IMG/VR virus record: IMGVR_UViG_3300045972_000291
Location: 377-64,376 of that record
Source: a virus
DNA length: 64,000 nucleotides
Strand: one strand, 5' to 3'
Position 1 is the stretch's first letter, and each line of letters begins with the position of its first letter. Under the pieces are notes generated by a model. That model did not search any database, was not told the origin of the DNA, and worked only from the letters and a program-made list of their open reading frames with translations. Both the position numbers and the translations under genes were made by a program. This document shows, one piece after another, positions 16,839-25,929 of this stretch.

Positions 16839-17141
16839 CTACTGCTTCGTGGCGTGGCGGGCGCTTGCCAGAACGTGGGCGAATCCGGCCCTGGCTTGCT
16901 CGTCGCATTTGATGTTGCTCGCCCGGCAGTAGGCGAGAAGCGCATCCGGATCGATATCCACCCGCTCTATCCGGACGCCGGTCGCGGCGATCTTCAAGAC
17001 CGTTTGCTGGGCTTCTTCAAGCCACTCCTCGAACGTTTCGTGCAAGCCCCCGCCGTCGGGCTCAATCTGCCTGATGCGGTAGAAATTGTCGCGGCTGTAC
17101 CAGGCGATGATGACCAAGTCGGGTCTGGGGTTTTGGGGCAC
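16839..17141 (-). CDS. Hypothetical protein, antisense to the early-right operon
   Basis: GTG start with GGAG SD; IAWYSRDNF...TFEEWLEEA...RVDIDPDALLAYC pattern typical of a recurrent bacterial hypothetical family. Confidence 0.65.
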   Translation of the reverse strand: MPQNPRPDLVIIAWYSRDNFYRIRQIEPDGGGLHETFEEWLEEAQQTVLKIAATGVRIERVDIDPDALLAYCRASNIKCDEQARAGFAHVLASARHATKQ

Positions 17142-17703
17142 ATGTCTTCTCCATCGTGCGATTCGACCTCCGCGATGGTAGGGGCGGCGGCGGGGCGCGT
17201 CAGCACAGTTGCTGGCCCCGCCGCCACGGGTTTGAAAAAAGGCGACGCGGAATGAAAATTTCCCTTCGGCGCCGCCCGCCTGAACTCGCCTTGGGTCGTA
17301 ACCTTGGCCAAGATCGTGAGCTTGGCGAAAAAAAAGCGACCGTTGGCGCGGTCGCGATTTCCCGTTCATCCACCCGCGCCGCTCCCTCCACCAGTGCCTC
17401 CGAGGGCGGGCTGGTCAAACACGCTCCGAACCATCGAGCGACGCGGGGGCCGCAAGGCCGTTATTCATTGTGGAATTCGGAGAGGCCCTCGTCCTATTCG
17501 CGCGATCTCGCGCGTCCGCCGTTCGCGACTGACATCGCGAACATTCGCCCCTTCTGGGGCGATTCCCTCCTCGACTTGGGCGGCTTGGCTTTGGCCTCGC
17601 CGTCCATTTTTCGAGGTTTCTTTGGCCAAGGCGTTGCCGCGCCCGGATGCCGCCGTCTGATTGTCAATCCGTCCAGGAAATACCGTGCGGAGGCGTCTTC
17701 GCG

Positions 17704-18120
17704 ATGACCTTCGTCGATACCGTGCATCAGAAAACATCCCCCGTTCCAGTGCGTAAAATCTCGCACGGGGGTTTGGAATTGTCCGGTTCGATCGGCGCCC
17801 GTTTCCGGGCACATCTCATAGATTTTTCGGGCCTCGTCGCCTTCTTGCGGCAGGAGCATCCGAACAAGACGGCTGAGGCTGTCGAGGCGATTTGCGGCGT
17901 TCCCGCCGCGACCGTCCGCAAATGGCTTTCCGGGGAAACGAACCCGAATGGGACCGCGCTGGCGACGCTGCTGCTGGCCTATGGGCCGGAAGCGTTCGCG
18001 TCATGCGTCGCGTACTCGCCCGGCTGGCTCAAGGCCGCCGTGCGCGACGAGATGACGCGCAAGTTGGAACAGCAGATTTCCGAACGCGAACGGCGATTGG
18101 CCGAACTCCGCGCGAAGTAA
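17704..18120 (+). CDS. HTH protein in the CII position
   Basis: HPNKTAEAVEAICGVPAATVRKWLSGETNP plus C-terminal coiled coil. Confidence 0.8.
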   Translation: MTFVDTVHQKTSPVPVRKISHGGLELSGSIGARFRAHLIDFSGLVAFLRQEHPNKTAEAVEAICGVPAATVRKWLSGETNPNGTALATLLLAYGPEAFASCVAYSPGWLKAAVRDEMTRKLEQQISERERRLAELRAK

Positions 18121-18213
18121 AGGGCGGCGCCGGCTGTCCGCTGGCGCCTTGGACAAATTGCGATCAGCCCGGCCGCGTAACGAGCCAGGCGATCCTTGAA
18201 TGGGCGCAGGGCG

Positions 18214-18396
18214 ATGTCGGACGGTTTGGGAAGGTGGCTCGCGGGCATCGCGTGGCCCTTTGTTTACGCACTCGTTTTCATCTCGGAAAACGTCGCGCTT
18301 CTTCTGTCGCTGCCCGAAATCGGACTGCGCGCCGGTGTCGTCCGTCCGCTGCGGCGGCTGCTGGCCCGGCTGAGCGCGGCCCAGGTGCGGCGATGA
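18214..18396 (+). CDS. Small membrane protein
   Basis: MSDGLGRWLAGIAWPFVYALVF hydrophobic N-terminus. Confidence 0.5.
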   Translation: MSDGLGRWLAGIAWPFVYALVFISENVALLLSLPEIGLRAGVVRPLRRLLARLSAAQVRR

Positions 18397-18461
18397 CTGC
18401 ATAACCGCGCCGGGCCGTGTCGGTTCCGGTGTTTGAAACTTTTTTCACGGAGCAAAAGGGC

Positions 18462-18998
18462 ATGAGTGAACACGGTCAGAACAGCATCGACAAAACCGTG
18501 CTGGCGCGGTGGGCTGGGGAAATCCTCGCGATTCATTCCAAGCTTGACGATCAGAAGATGGAAAATCTTCGCATCTGCAAGGAAATCCGGGAGCCGCTAG
18601 CCGATCTCTACGACGCAGCCAAAAATGCCGGGCTGCCGTCGAAGGCGTTCAAGGCCTACGTCAAATCCGAGTTGGCGAAGCGCGCCTACGAAAAGCGGCT
18701 GGCGAACCTTGAGCCCGAGGATGAGGACGATTCGGCCATCTACGAGCTGATGCGCGAGATCGCGCAGAACGGTGACTTGTTCGATGCTGCCGTGAAGGCG
18801 CATGACGCGAAAAAGGGCGATGACGACGCCGATCTGCGCCCCGGGTTTCTCAAGGATAAGGGCGTCACGGCGACGGTCAAATTCGGCGATGGTCCCGAGG
18901 TTTCTTTCGATGCCGCCCGCGTGACGGAAAACATCAGGCGCTTGAAAACGGGCATCAAGCCGATTGGCCTTCCCGGCGCCGACGCGAACGAGGCCTGA
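18462..18998 (+). CDS. GapR/DUF2312-like DNA-binding protein
   Basis: EIREPLADLYDAAKNAGLPSKAFKAYVK resembles the GapR DIKDVYAEAKGxGFDxK core; divergent. Confidence 0.55.
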   Translation: MSEHGQNSIDKTVLARWAGEILAIHSKLDDQKMENLRICKEIREPLADLYDAAKNAGLPSKAFKAYVKSELAKRAYEKRLANLEPEDEDDSAIYELMREIAQNGDLFDAAVKAHDAKKGDDDADLRPGFLKDKGVTATVKFGDGPEVSFDAARVTENIRRLKTGIKPIGLPGADANEA

Positions 18999-19004
18999 CG
19001 CGCC

Positions 19005-19598
19005 ATGCATCTGATGGCCCTCGACATCGCCGTGAAACTGGGCTTCGCCATTGGCGAGGCCGGCACGACGCCGCGATCCGGAAGCGTCCGGCTCAAATCG
19101 CCGGAAGACGATCCATCGAGGGCCTGCCGCCGTTTCGGCATCTGGCTCCGCGACGAATTCAGCCTGCGGATTCCCGACCTCGTCATCATCGAGGCGCCGG
19201 TCAATATCGGGGCGTTCATCGATTGGAAAGATGACGGCAGAAAGCCGATGTTCCGCTCGAACCCGCAAACGATTTCGCTCCTGCATCGCCTGATCGGCGG
19301 CGTCGAGACGCTATGCGGCCCCTACGGCGTCCGGTGCGTCTCCGCCAATGTGCAGACCGTCCGCAAGCACTTTCTCGGCGCAGCGCGCCCCTCTGAGCCG
19401 AAGAAGGCCGTTGTCGCGCGATGCCATCAACTCGGACTGATGCCGCGCGACTGCAAAGACGATAATCGCGGGGACAGCCTGGCCCTCTTCGAGTACGGCG
19501 CCGCCCATTACGCCCGCGCCATCCCCTCGCAACTGATCCTGCATGGCGAAACGCCGGCGGAGACGGTGGAATCGGTGTTTGGAGGGCGTCAGGCATGA
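19005..19598 (+). CDS. RuvC-like Holliday junction resolvase
   Basis: MALDIAVKLGFA, PDLVIIEAP, NVQTVRKHFLG and DNRGDSLAL motifs. Confidence 0.8.
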   Translation: MHLMALDIAVKLGFAIGEAGTTPRSGSVRLKSPEDDPSRACRRFGIWLRDEFSLRIPDLVIIEAPVNIGAFIDWKDDGRKPMFRSNPQTISLLHRLIGGVETLCGPYGVRCVSANVQTVRKHFLGAARPSEPKKAVVARCHQLGLMPRDCKDDNRGDSLALFEYGAAHYARAIPSQLILHGETPAETVESVFGGRQA

Positions 19599-21274
19599 GC
19601 GACCGCCGCTTTACCGAAAAACCCGCGCTTGATCCCGGCTCGATCTGGGAACTTCCGCCCGATCATGCCGCCATGCGCGAGAACAGGACGCTGTTTCCGT
19701 CCACGGTCGTTCCGGTTCTGGCGACGACTCCCGACCGGATCCTGATCTCGGGTTTCAACAATCGCAAGATCGGCAAGACGGTCGAAAAAGGCGCCTTCAA
19801 GGGCTATGGCCTCTATTGCCTGTCGCTGGAAGAGCGCGCGACCTGCCCGCTGGGTTGCGACATGCGCGCCGGCTGTTACGGCAACGCGATGCAGATGGCG
19901 CGCCGCCACAGGATCGAGAACCCCGACATTTTCTTCGCCCGGCTTGAAGAAGAAATCGCCGGGCTACTGAAAACCGAGAAGGGCTTGCTGATCCGGCTCC
20001 ATGTCCTCGGCGATTTTCCCTCGGTCGAGTATGTCGCGTTCTGGCTCGACATCCTGGCGCAATACCCGAACGTCGCCTGCTACGGCTATACCCACCGCCT
20101 CGAAACGGCGCTGGAGGGCGATGAGATCGGCGACGCCATCGCGAGCGTCAAGGCGCAATATCCCGACCGCTTCCGCATCCGCTGGTCTTTCGGCGCCGCG
20201 CTGGTCGATGGCGCGATGGTGGTCGAGAACCAGGACGATATCGACGGGGCCAGCCAGGACGAAATTCAGGCGATTGTCTGCCCGGCGCAAACCGACGCTA
20301 CCGCCTGCTGCGCGACGTGCGCGCTGTGCTGGGCGACCGTCGACAATTGCGTTCTGTTCTGGAAGCACGGCAAGAAGTCCGTCGATGTTGCGCTGGAGAA
20401 AGCGGCGCGGGCTTCGGATGCCGCGACGACTGAGGGGGAGTCTGGCGCCGTTCGCCCCGTGACGCCGATCCAGTTGCCGCCGTCGCCGAAGCCGGCGCCT
20501 GTCTCCGCCGACGCGCCCGAAATCCGCATGGTCTATCCGACCGAACTGCGAATCGAGGCGAGCTATCAGCGCAATCTTTCCGGCAAATCCATTCGGATGA
20601 TTCGCAAGATCGCGACGGAATGGTCATGGGCGAAATTCAAGCCGCCGATCTGCGCCGAGACGCCGGATGGCCTGTTCATCATCGACGGCCAACACACGGC
20701 GATCGGCGCCGCCAGCCATCCCGATCCGTTCAAAATCCCGGTTCTCATCGTCAGCGCCGACAAGGTCGAGGACCGCGCCAGATCCTTTGTCTCGCATAAC
20801 CGCGAGCGGGTGAATATGAGCGCGTTCGACGTCTTCCATGCCGAGGTTGCCGCCGGCGTCGGTTCGGCCGCGCAACTGGCCAGTATCGCGCAGGAAGCAG
20901 GGTGCGCCATTCCCCGCGGAGCCGTCGCCAGGAACAAATTCGAGCCCGGCCAACTGATCGCGCTTAATGAGGCGAGGACGGTTCTTGGCGGCGCCGGCGA
21001 AAAGACAGTCGCGCGGGTCCTGTCGATTTGCGCGAAGGCGAAATTGACGCCGATCACCTCTGTTCCGCTGCGCGCGGTTCGTAGAATGCTCGAAAACGAC
21101 GCCTATGCGTGGTCGAGGGATTTCAGCGACGATCAGATCGCGGCGGCGATGGCGACGATTCCCGATCTTGACGACGCGGCACGCACCCACGCCGCGAAAA
21201 CGGGGCAGGATCGTCAGCGCGCCTGCATCATGCTGATCCGAGACGCCTTGCTCGGAAAGGCGGCAGCCGAATGA
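19595..21274 (+). CDS. Gp88-like Cys-rich (Fe-S?) domain fused to a ParB/Srx-like (DUF6551-like) domain
   Basis: N: LEERATCPLGCDMRAGCYG, IRLHVLGDF, CPAQ...CCATCALCW; C: LRIEASYQRNLS...IIDGQHT. Confidence 0.72.
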   Translation: MSDRRFTEKPALDPGSIWELPPDHAAMRENRTLFPSTVVPVLATTPDRILISGFNNRKIGKTVEKGAFKGYGLYCLSLEERATCPLGCDMRAGCYGNAMQMARRHRIENPDIFFARLEEEIAGLLKTEKGLLIRLHVLGDFPSVEYVAFWLDILAQYPNVACYGYTHRLETALEGDEIGDAIASVKAQYPDRFRIRWSFGAALVDGAMVVENQDDIDGASQDEIQAIVCPAQTDATACCATCALCWATVDNCVLFWKHGKKSVDVALEKAARASDAATTEGESGAVRPVTPIQLPPSPKPAPVSADAPEIRMVYPTELRIEASYQRNLSGKSIRMIRKIATEWSWAKFKPPICAETPDGLFIIDGQHTAIGAASHPDPFKIPVLIVSADKVEDRARSFVSHNRERVNMSAFDVFHAEVAAGVGSAAQLASIAQEAGCAIPRGAVARNKFEPGQLIALNEARTVLGGAGEKTVARVLSICAKAKLTPITSVPLRAVRRMLENDAYAWSRDFSDDQIAAAMATIPDLDDAARTHAAKTGQDRQRACIMLIRDALLGKAAAE

Positions 21275-21969
21275 CGCCGCTCCAGACCATCATCGCCTTA
21301 GGCGAAATCCTCGCGGCCAAGTCGGACAACATGGTCGAATTCGGTGTCGCGCAGCTGATCGTCAAACTGGCGCGCGAGGAAGAGGCCTCCACGCGCGAGT
21401 TGGTTTTTACACCCTCAAATGAGGGGACAAAAAAAGACATGCCGGTCGGGCCGATTGTCGAGGCGACCCCGTCCGCCGTCCGTCCGTCCATCTCGCCCAA
21501 GGTCAGGAAAGGCCCGGTCGATCCGAACAGCCTTGCCGGCCAGGTGCTGGAATTTCTGCCGACGCTGATCGATGTCTTTCCGAAGGGGCCGACAAGCAAG
21601 GTCCTCGCAGACAGAATGGACGCCGATGAGGCGCATATCCGCGCGGCCATGCGCGAATTGCACGATTCGGGGCAGGCGGCGCGTGTCCGCCGCAGCGACT
21701 CGCCGGCATGGCATCTGATCCCGGCGGGCTATGTGCCGCCGCAGGAGGAATTAACGGAAACGCAGGCGAAGGTGTTCGAGGCGATCAGGGCGGCGGCGGG
21801 CGAAGACGGTGTCTCGCAGATCAGCCGCAACGATATCTGCGATTCCGCGCACGTCTCGAAAGGCGCCATCCACGCGGTTCTCGTCGCGCTCGAGCGCAAG
21901 GGCTACATCCATCAGGTCGAGGTCGGACGAGGGACAACGCCGTCGAAGATAAAGGCGCTGGCCCCATGA
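21271..21969 (+). CDS. Protein with tandem winged-helix domains
   Basis: SKVLADRMDADEAHIRAAMRELHDSG and ISRNDICDSAHVSKGAIHAVLVALERKGYI. Confidence 0.7.
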   Translation: MTPLQTIIALGEILAAKSDNMVEFGVAQLIVKLAREEEASTRELVFTPSNEGTKKDMPVGPIVEATPSAVRPSISPKVRKGPVDPNSLAGQVLEFLPTLIDVFPKGPTSKVLADRMDADEAHIRAAMRELHDSGQAARVRRSDSPAWHLIPAGYVPPQEELTETQAKVFEAIRAAAGEDGVSQISRNDICDSAHVSKGAIHAVLVALERKGYIHQVEVGRGTTPSKIKALAP

Positions 21970-22541
21970 GCAACTGGCCCTTTGGCGCCCTGCGCCCGCT
22001 CTCCTTCGACCTCATCATGATCGACCCGCCGTGGTCGCATGAAATGCGGTCCGCGAAAGGCGTCACGGCCAAAAGCGCCGGCGGCCAATATTCCCTGATG
22101 TCGCTCGATGACATCGCGGCTCTTCCCGTGGCCATGCTCGGGCGCGGCGACGCGATCTTCTGGATATGGGCGACCCACGCCATGATCGACCAGCAGATCG
22201 CCGTTGCCCGCCGCTGGGGCCTGACGTTCTCGACAACCGGCGTCTGGGTCAAGCGCACCGCGCACGGCAAGCTCGCGTTCGGCACCGGCCAACGCCTGCG
22301 CTGCGCCTCGGAACCTTTCATCATCGCGACGCTCGGCGCGCCTTTGACGGCCAAGAGCGTTCGCACCGTCATCGAAGGCCCGGTCCGCGAACATTCCCGC
22401 AAGCCCGATGAAGCCTACGCCGCCGCCGAGTCCCTCTATCCGCGCGCGGTCAATCGCGCCGACATTTTCGCGCGGGAGACCCGCCCGGGTTGGACGACCT
22501 GGGGGAATGAGCAAACCAAATTTGACGGAGCCGCAGCATGA
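21966..22541 (+). CDS. MT-A70 family N6-adenine methyltransferase
   Basis: DPPW catalytic motif, YSLMSLDDIAALPV, HSRKPDE, DIFARE, WGNE. Confidence 0.92.
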   Translation: MSNWPFGALRPLSFDLIMIDPPWSHEMRSAKGVTAKSAGGQYSLMSLDDIAALPVAMLGRGDAIFWIWATHAMIDQQIAVARRWGLTFSTTGVWVKRTAHGKLAFGTGQRLRCASEPFIIATLGAPLTAKSVRTVIEGPVREHSRKPDEAYAAAESLYPRAVNRADIFARETRPGWTTWGNEQTKFDGAAA

Positions 22542-23146
22542 CCTGGGGATGGACAGAAGCCAACGTTGAACAACTGAAAAAGCTCTGGGCGCAAAACTGG
22601 AGCGCCGGCCAGATCGCCGCCGAATTCGGCCCCGAATGCACCCGCAATGCCGTCATCGGCAAAATCAATCGCCTCGGACTTTCAGGCCGCATCTCGGTCG
22701 CGAAAACCGAAGAACCGATCAAACTCTGCGCCATCGCCCCGCTTGCGCCGACGCCGACCATGGGTGAGGGCCGCGCCAAGATGGAAGATGCGCGCCGGGC
22801 TCAAAATCTCGCGGCCAAGAGCGTTCGGAAGCCCAACGCCTTCATCGAGCGGCTCCGCACCAACGCGGCCAGCAACGACCGCGCCGGCGACGACGCGCGG
22901 GCTTTAGCCGGCGAAGGCGTCACGATCATCGATCTGCGGCCCGATTCCTGCCGCTGGCCGATGGGAGACCCCGGCAGCGAATCCTTTCTTTATTGCGGCG
23001 ACAGACGCGACGGCGCCGGGCCCTACTGCGCCTGCCACCGTGTCAGGGCCTATCAGCCCCGTGCCCTGCGGCCCGTCGGCTATTCCGATGGCAGCGTCAG
23101 GAAGACGGACCGCGAGGATGCCGAGCCGAAGGAATTGGTGCTTTGA
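22538..23146 (+). CDS. gcrA: GcrA cell-cycle regulator homologue
   Basis: WTEANVEQLKKLW...SAGQIA...TRNAVIGKINRLGL; C-terminal CRWPMGDP...FLYCG...YCACH. Confidence 0.92.
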   Translation: MTWGWTEANVEQLKKLWAQNWSAGQIAAEFGPECTRNAVIGKINRLGLSGRISVAKTEEPIKLCAIAPLAPTPTMGEGRAKMEDARRAQNLAAKSVRKPNAFIERLRTNAASNDRAGDDARALAGEGVTIIDLRPDSCRWPMGDPGSESFLYCGDRRDGAGPYCACHRVRAYQPRALRPVGYSDGSVRKTDREDAEPKELVL

Positions 23147-23355
23147 GCGATGAGCGTGTCGCCGCAGATGCCGATGGGCCGATTCCGATGAGCCAGTTGC
23201 TCGCCACCTTGCGCGAGATCGCAAACGACGAGGAGCGGATGTTCAAGGTCTACGGCCACTGGTCCCGGAAGCATCGCGCCAGATGCCTCGATATCGCGGC
23301 GAACTTCATCTTGGGCGAGCTGATCGAGCAGAAGCAATATCGGAGGGGGAGATGA
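23143..23355 (+). CDS. Hypothetical protein
   Basis: TTG start overlapping the gcrA stop. Confidence 0.55.
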   Translation: MSDERVAADADGPIPMSQLLATLREIANDEERMFKVYGHWSRKHRARCLDIAANFILGELIEQKQYRRGR

Positions 23356-23507
23356 AAGAGGGCGATGTGATCTGGTTCAGATACGTGCGCCACGCCGAGC
23401 GCGCCGCCTATGAGGCGCGCGGCTGGGTTTTTGCCGCCGATCTCGGACTGCCGCACGGGGCCTATTCGGTCCTCATGCAGTGGCCCGGCGAAGGGAGCCC
23501 GCAATGA
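23352..23507 (+). CDS. Small hypothetical phage protein
   Basis: SD GGAGG; FRYVRHAE...GW...LGLPHGAYSVLM. Confidence 0.65.
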   Translation: MKEGDVIWFRYVRHAERAAYEARGWVFAADLGLPHGAYSVLMQWPGEGSPQ

Positions 23508-23863
23508 AATCCAAAGGCCGCCCCCGCACCTATCTTCCCGCCGAACATGCCCGCGCGATCTATCTGGCCGGTGCCGGGGAGGATGCTGGCGCCATCGCCG
23601 ACCTGATTGGCAACACGGACGCGGCCCGCATCCGGGCGATGCTGTCCGGATACGGCGTCCCGCTGCTGCGGAGAGGGCCGAACCAGACTGCGATGCTGAT
23701 CATCGTCGGCGACGTCACGGCTACGGACATCGCGCGCGAGGCTTCGCTGAAGGGGTTCGCGCCGGCGCTGCTGATCGGCGGGATGGTAGATGCGCATTTC
23801 GCGCGGCGGCGGCCGGTGGCGATTCAAGACCCGGACGCGGCTCTGGCTGCGCAGAAAGGTTGA
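23504..23863 (+). CDS. Hypothetical protein (HTH/RHH-like)
   Basis: Coupled ORF starting MKSKGRPRTY. Confidence 0.6.
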   Translation: MKSKGRPRTYLPAEHARAIYLAGAGEDAGAIADLIGNTDAARIRAMLSGYGVPLLRRGPNQTAMLIIVGDVTATDIAREASLKGFAPALLIGGMVDAHFARRRPVAIQDPDAALAAQKG

Positions 23864-23867
23864 CCCA

Positions 23868-24128
23868 ATGAGCAAGGAGCCGCTGACGCCTCGCGAGATT
23901 GAAACGCTGGCCTTCGCCAGCGCAGGGCTGATGAACAAGCAAATCGCGTTCGAACTTGGCGTGAGCGAACCAACGATCAAGGCGCATATGGGCAAGGTTT
24001 TGCACAAGCTCGGCGTGCCGTCGCGCGTGGATGCCGTGCTGAAATTTCACCAAATCGACCACGCGGCGGCACTGACCCTCGCCCGCGAGATTTTGGCCGG
24101 AGACATCCTTTTCGACGTGGAGTTTTAG
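23868..24128 (+). CDS. Stand-alone LuxR-type HTH regulator
   Basis: LTPREIETL...GLMNKQIAFELGVSEPTIKAHMGKVLHKLGVPSR. Confidence 0.9.
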   Translation: MSKEPLTPREIETLAFASAGLMNKQIAFELGVSEPTIKAHMGKVLHKLGVPSRVDAVLKFHQIDHAAALTLAREILAGDILFDVEF

Positions 24129-24130
24129 CA

Positions 24131-24478
24131 GTGACCACGGAATCCGAACAGAACCTGATCCGCTTATGCCACTACGAGGCGTTCCGCACCGGTCTGGAAT
24201 GGGCCGTCACCACGCTCCCCGCCGATCATCGCGCGATCTATCTCGAACAGGCGCTGGCCGCCGCGATGTCGGTGCTGCGCCAGCATTGTCCCGACGAAAT
24301 AACAGCGGTCTGCCGCCGCACCGGCCTCGATTTGATGCCGTCGCCGCCGCAGAAGCCGAAGCCGCGCCGCATCGTCGATTGGTTCCGGCGCCAGGATGCC
24401 GGCTCCCTTGTGGCGCTCGCCTCATATGCCGTGCTGATCGGATGGGGCGTGTTTGCGGTCGTGAAATCCATTTGGTGA
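24131..24478 (+). CDS. Hypothetical protein with C-terminal TM segment
   Basis: GTG-start ORF filling the operon. Confidence 0.6.
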   Translation: MTTESEQNLIRLCHYEAFRTGLEWAVTTLPADHRAIYLEQALAAAMSVLRQHCPDEITAVCRRTGLDLMPSPPQKPKPRRIVDWFRRQDAGSLVALASYAVLIGWGVFAVVKSIW

Positions 24479-24490
24479 AAGGTGCGGCCG

Positions 24491-25648
24491 ATGCCGGACG
24501 ATATTGCATTTCAGGACTGGGTCGCGCGCGCCAAGGAAGCCGATATCCGCTGCGTCGCCGACCGTCTCGGCGCCCAACTCAAAAAGGCCGGCGCGAAGGA
24601 ATTCCAGGGGCCATGCCCGAAGTGCGGCGGCACCGATCGGTTCAGCCTGAACATCGCCAAGCAAGTCTTCAACTGCCGCAGCGCCGAGGGCGGCGGCGTC
24701 ATCGGGATGGTGATGCACGTCCAGGGCTGCGAATTCGTTCCGGCGTGCGAATTCATTCTCAATGAAAATGCGCCCGGCCGCGACGCCGCCTATCGCCCTG
24801 ATCCCGAAATCATGCGGGAGCGGCGCCAGGAGCGCGAGGAACATAAGATCGAGCAGGCGGTCAAGGAGCGCCACGAGGTCGACGAAGCGGTGGTCGCGGC
24901 GACGGAGATGTTCGAATCCGCGGCGCCGATTCAGAACACGAGAGCCGAAGATTATCTCGAATTCCGAGGCATCCGTCTCAGACCACAATTCGCCGCCGAT
25001 CTGCGCTTCATCCCCAACCTAGAATATTGGGGCTACGCCGATGCTGGGGCCGAAGACCTGACGATGCTGGGACGCTGGCACGCGATGGTCGCCGCGATCC
25101 GCGATGTCCACGGCCGCATCATCGGGATCCACCGGACCTATATCGAGCACGACAGGCCGGTCAAACTGCGCCCGCCCGGCGACCAGAAGCGCAACAAGGC
25201 GAAGAAGGTCTTCCGCAAGATGATGGGCGGCCTGATCCGGCTCGGTCCTGTCGGCGAGACGGTGGCGATTGGTGAAGGGATCGAGACGACGCTGTCATGG
25301 TGGCAACTCGGCTACGGGCCGGAGGACGTCACCGTCGCCTGCGGCGTCAATCTCGGCAATATGTCGGGATCCTCGACGGACACGATCCCGCATCCGAAGC
25401 ACGCCAACCAGACGATCCAGAACGGGGTTCCCGACCCCGCCCATCCCGGCATGATCCTGCCATCTGAGGTCAAAAACCTGATCCTGATCGGCGACGGCGA
25501 CAGCGATCCTCACGCAACCCGCGCAAAGCTTCTGACCGGTGCCCGCCGCTTCCGGGGCCAAGGCCTTGAGGTCTCGATTTCGATGGCGCCGGCAGGCTGC
25601 GATTTCAACGACGTGCTGCGCCGCGCGGAAGAAGTGGTGGCGGCATGA
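24491..25648 (+). CDS. DNA primase (Zn-finger + Toprim)
   Basis: GPCPKCGGTDRF...FNCR; IGIHRTY; IGEGIETTLS; LIGDGD. Confidence 0.9.
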   Translation: MPDDIAFQDWVARAKEADIRCVADRLGAQLKKAGAKEFQGPCPKCGGTDRFSLNIAKQVFNCRSAEGGGVIGMVMHVQGCEFVPACEFILNENAPGRDAAYRPDPEIMRERRQEREEHKIEQAVKERHEVDEAVVAATEMFESAAPIQNTRAEDYLEFRGIRLRPQFAADLRFIPNLEYWGYADAGAEDLTMLGRWHAMVAAIRDVHGRIIGIHRTYIEHDRPVKLRPPGDQKRNKAKKVFRKMMGGLIRLGPVGETVAIGEGIETTLSWWQLGYGPEDVTVACGVNLGNMSGSSTDTIPHPKHANQTIQNGVPDPAHPGMILPSEVKNLILIGDGDSDPHATRAKLLTGARRFRGQGLEVSISMAPAGCDFNDVLRRAEEVVAA

Positions 25649-25929
25649 CGGACGATATCGACGACGAACCCGAAGAAACATCCGAAACAGCCTTTTTTGG
25701 CCGCTTCGACGATGCGCTCGACATGCTGGTTTCCGGCGCCGTCGCCTCATCCGAGCAAGAGGACATCGACCCGTCCGAGGTCGTCAAGGACGTCGTCACG
25801 GCGCTCGTCGTCCACGCCTACGATTTTGCCGCCTCCGTGATGTCGCAAGCTGATGCCGTGGCTTTGGTCGCCGCTATTCTGCAAACCGCCTCGGAATTCT
25901 ACGGCAAAAAGGCGCGCCTCGATGCGTGA
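25645..25929 (+). CDS. Small acidic hypothetical protein
   Basis: Coupled ORF. Confidence 0.65.
   Translation: MTDDIDDEPEETSETAFFGRFDDALDMLVSGAVASSEQEDIDPSEVVKDVVTALVVHAYDFAASVMSQADAVALVAAILQTASEFYGKKARLDA

Noticed and set aside
17156-17707. Plus-strand ORFs 17156-17707 and 17304-17660
   Set aside because: No clear SD or motif, Arg/Pro-rich shadow-like composition; not annotated as genes
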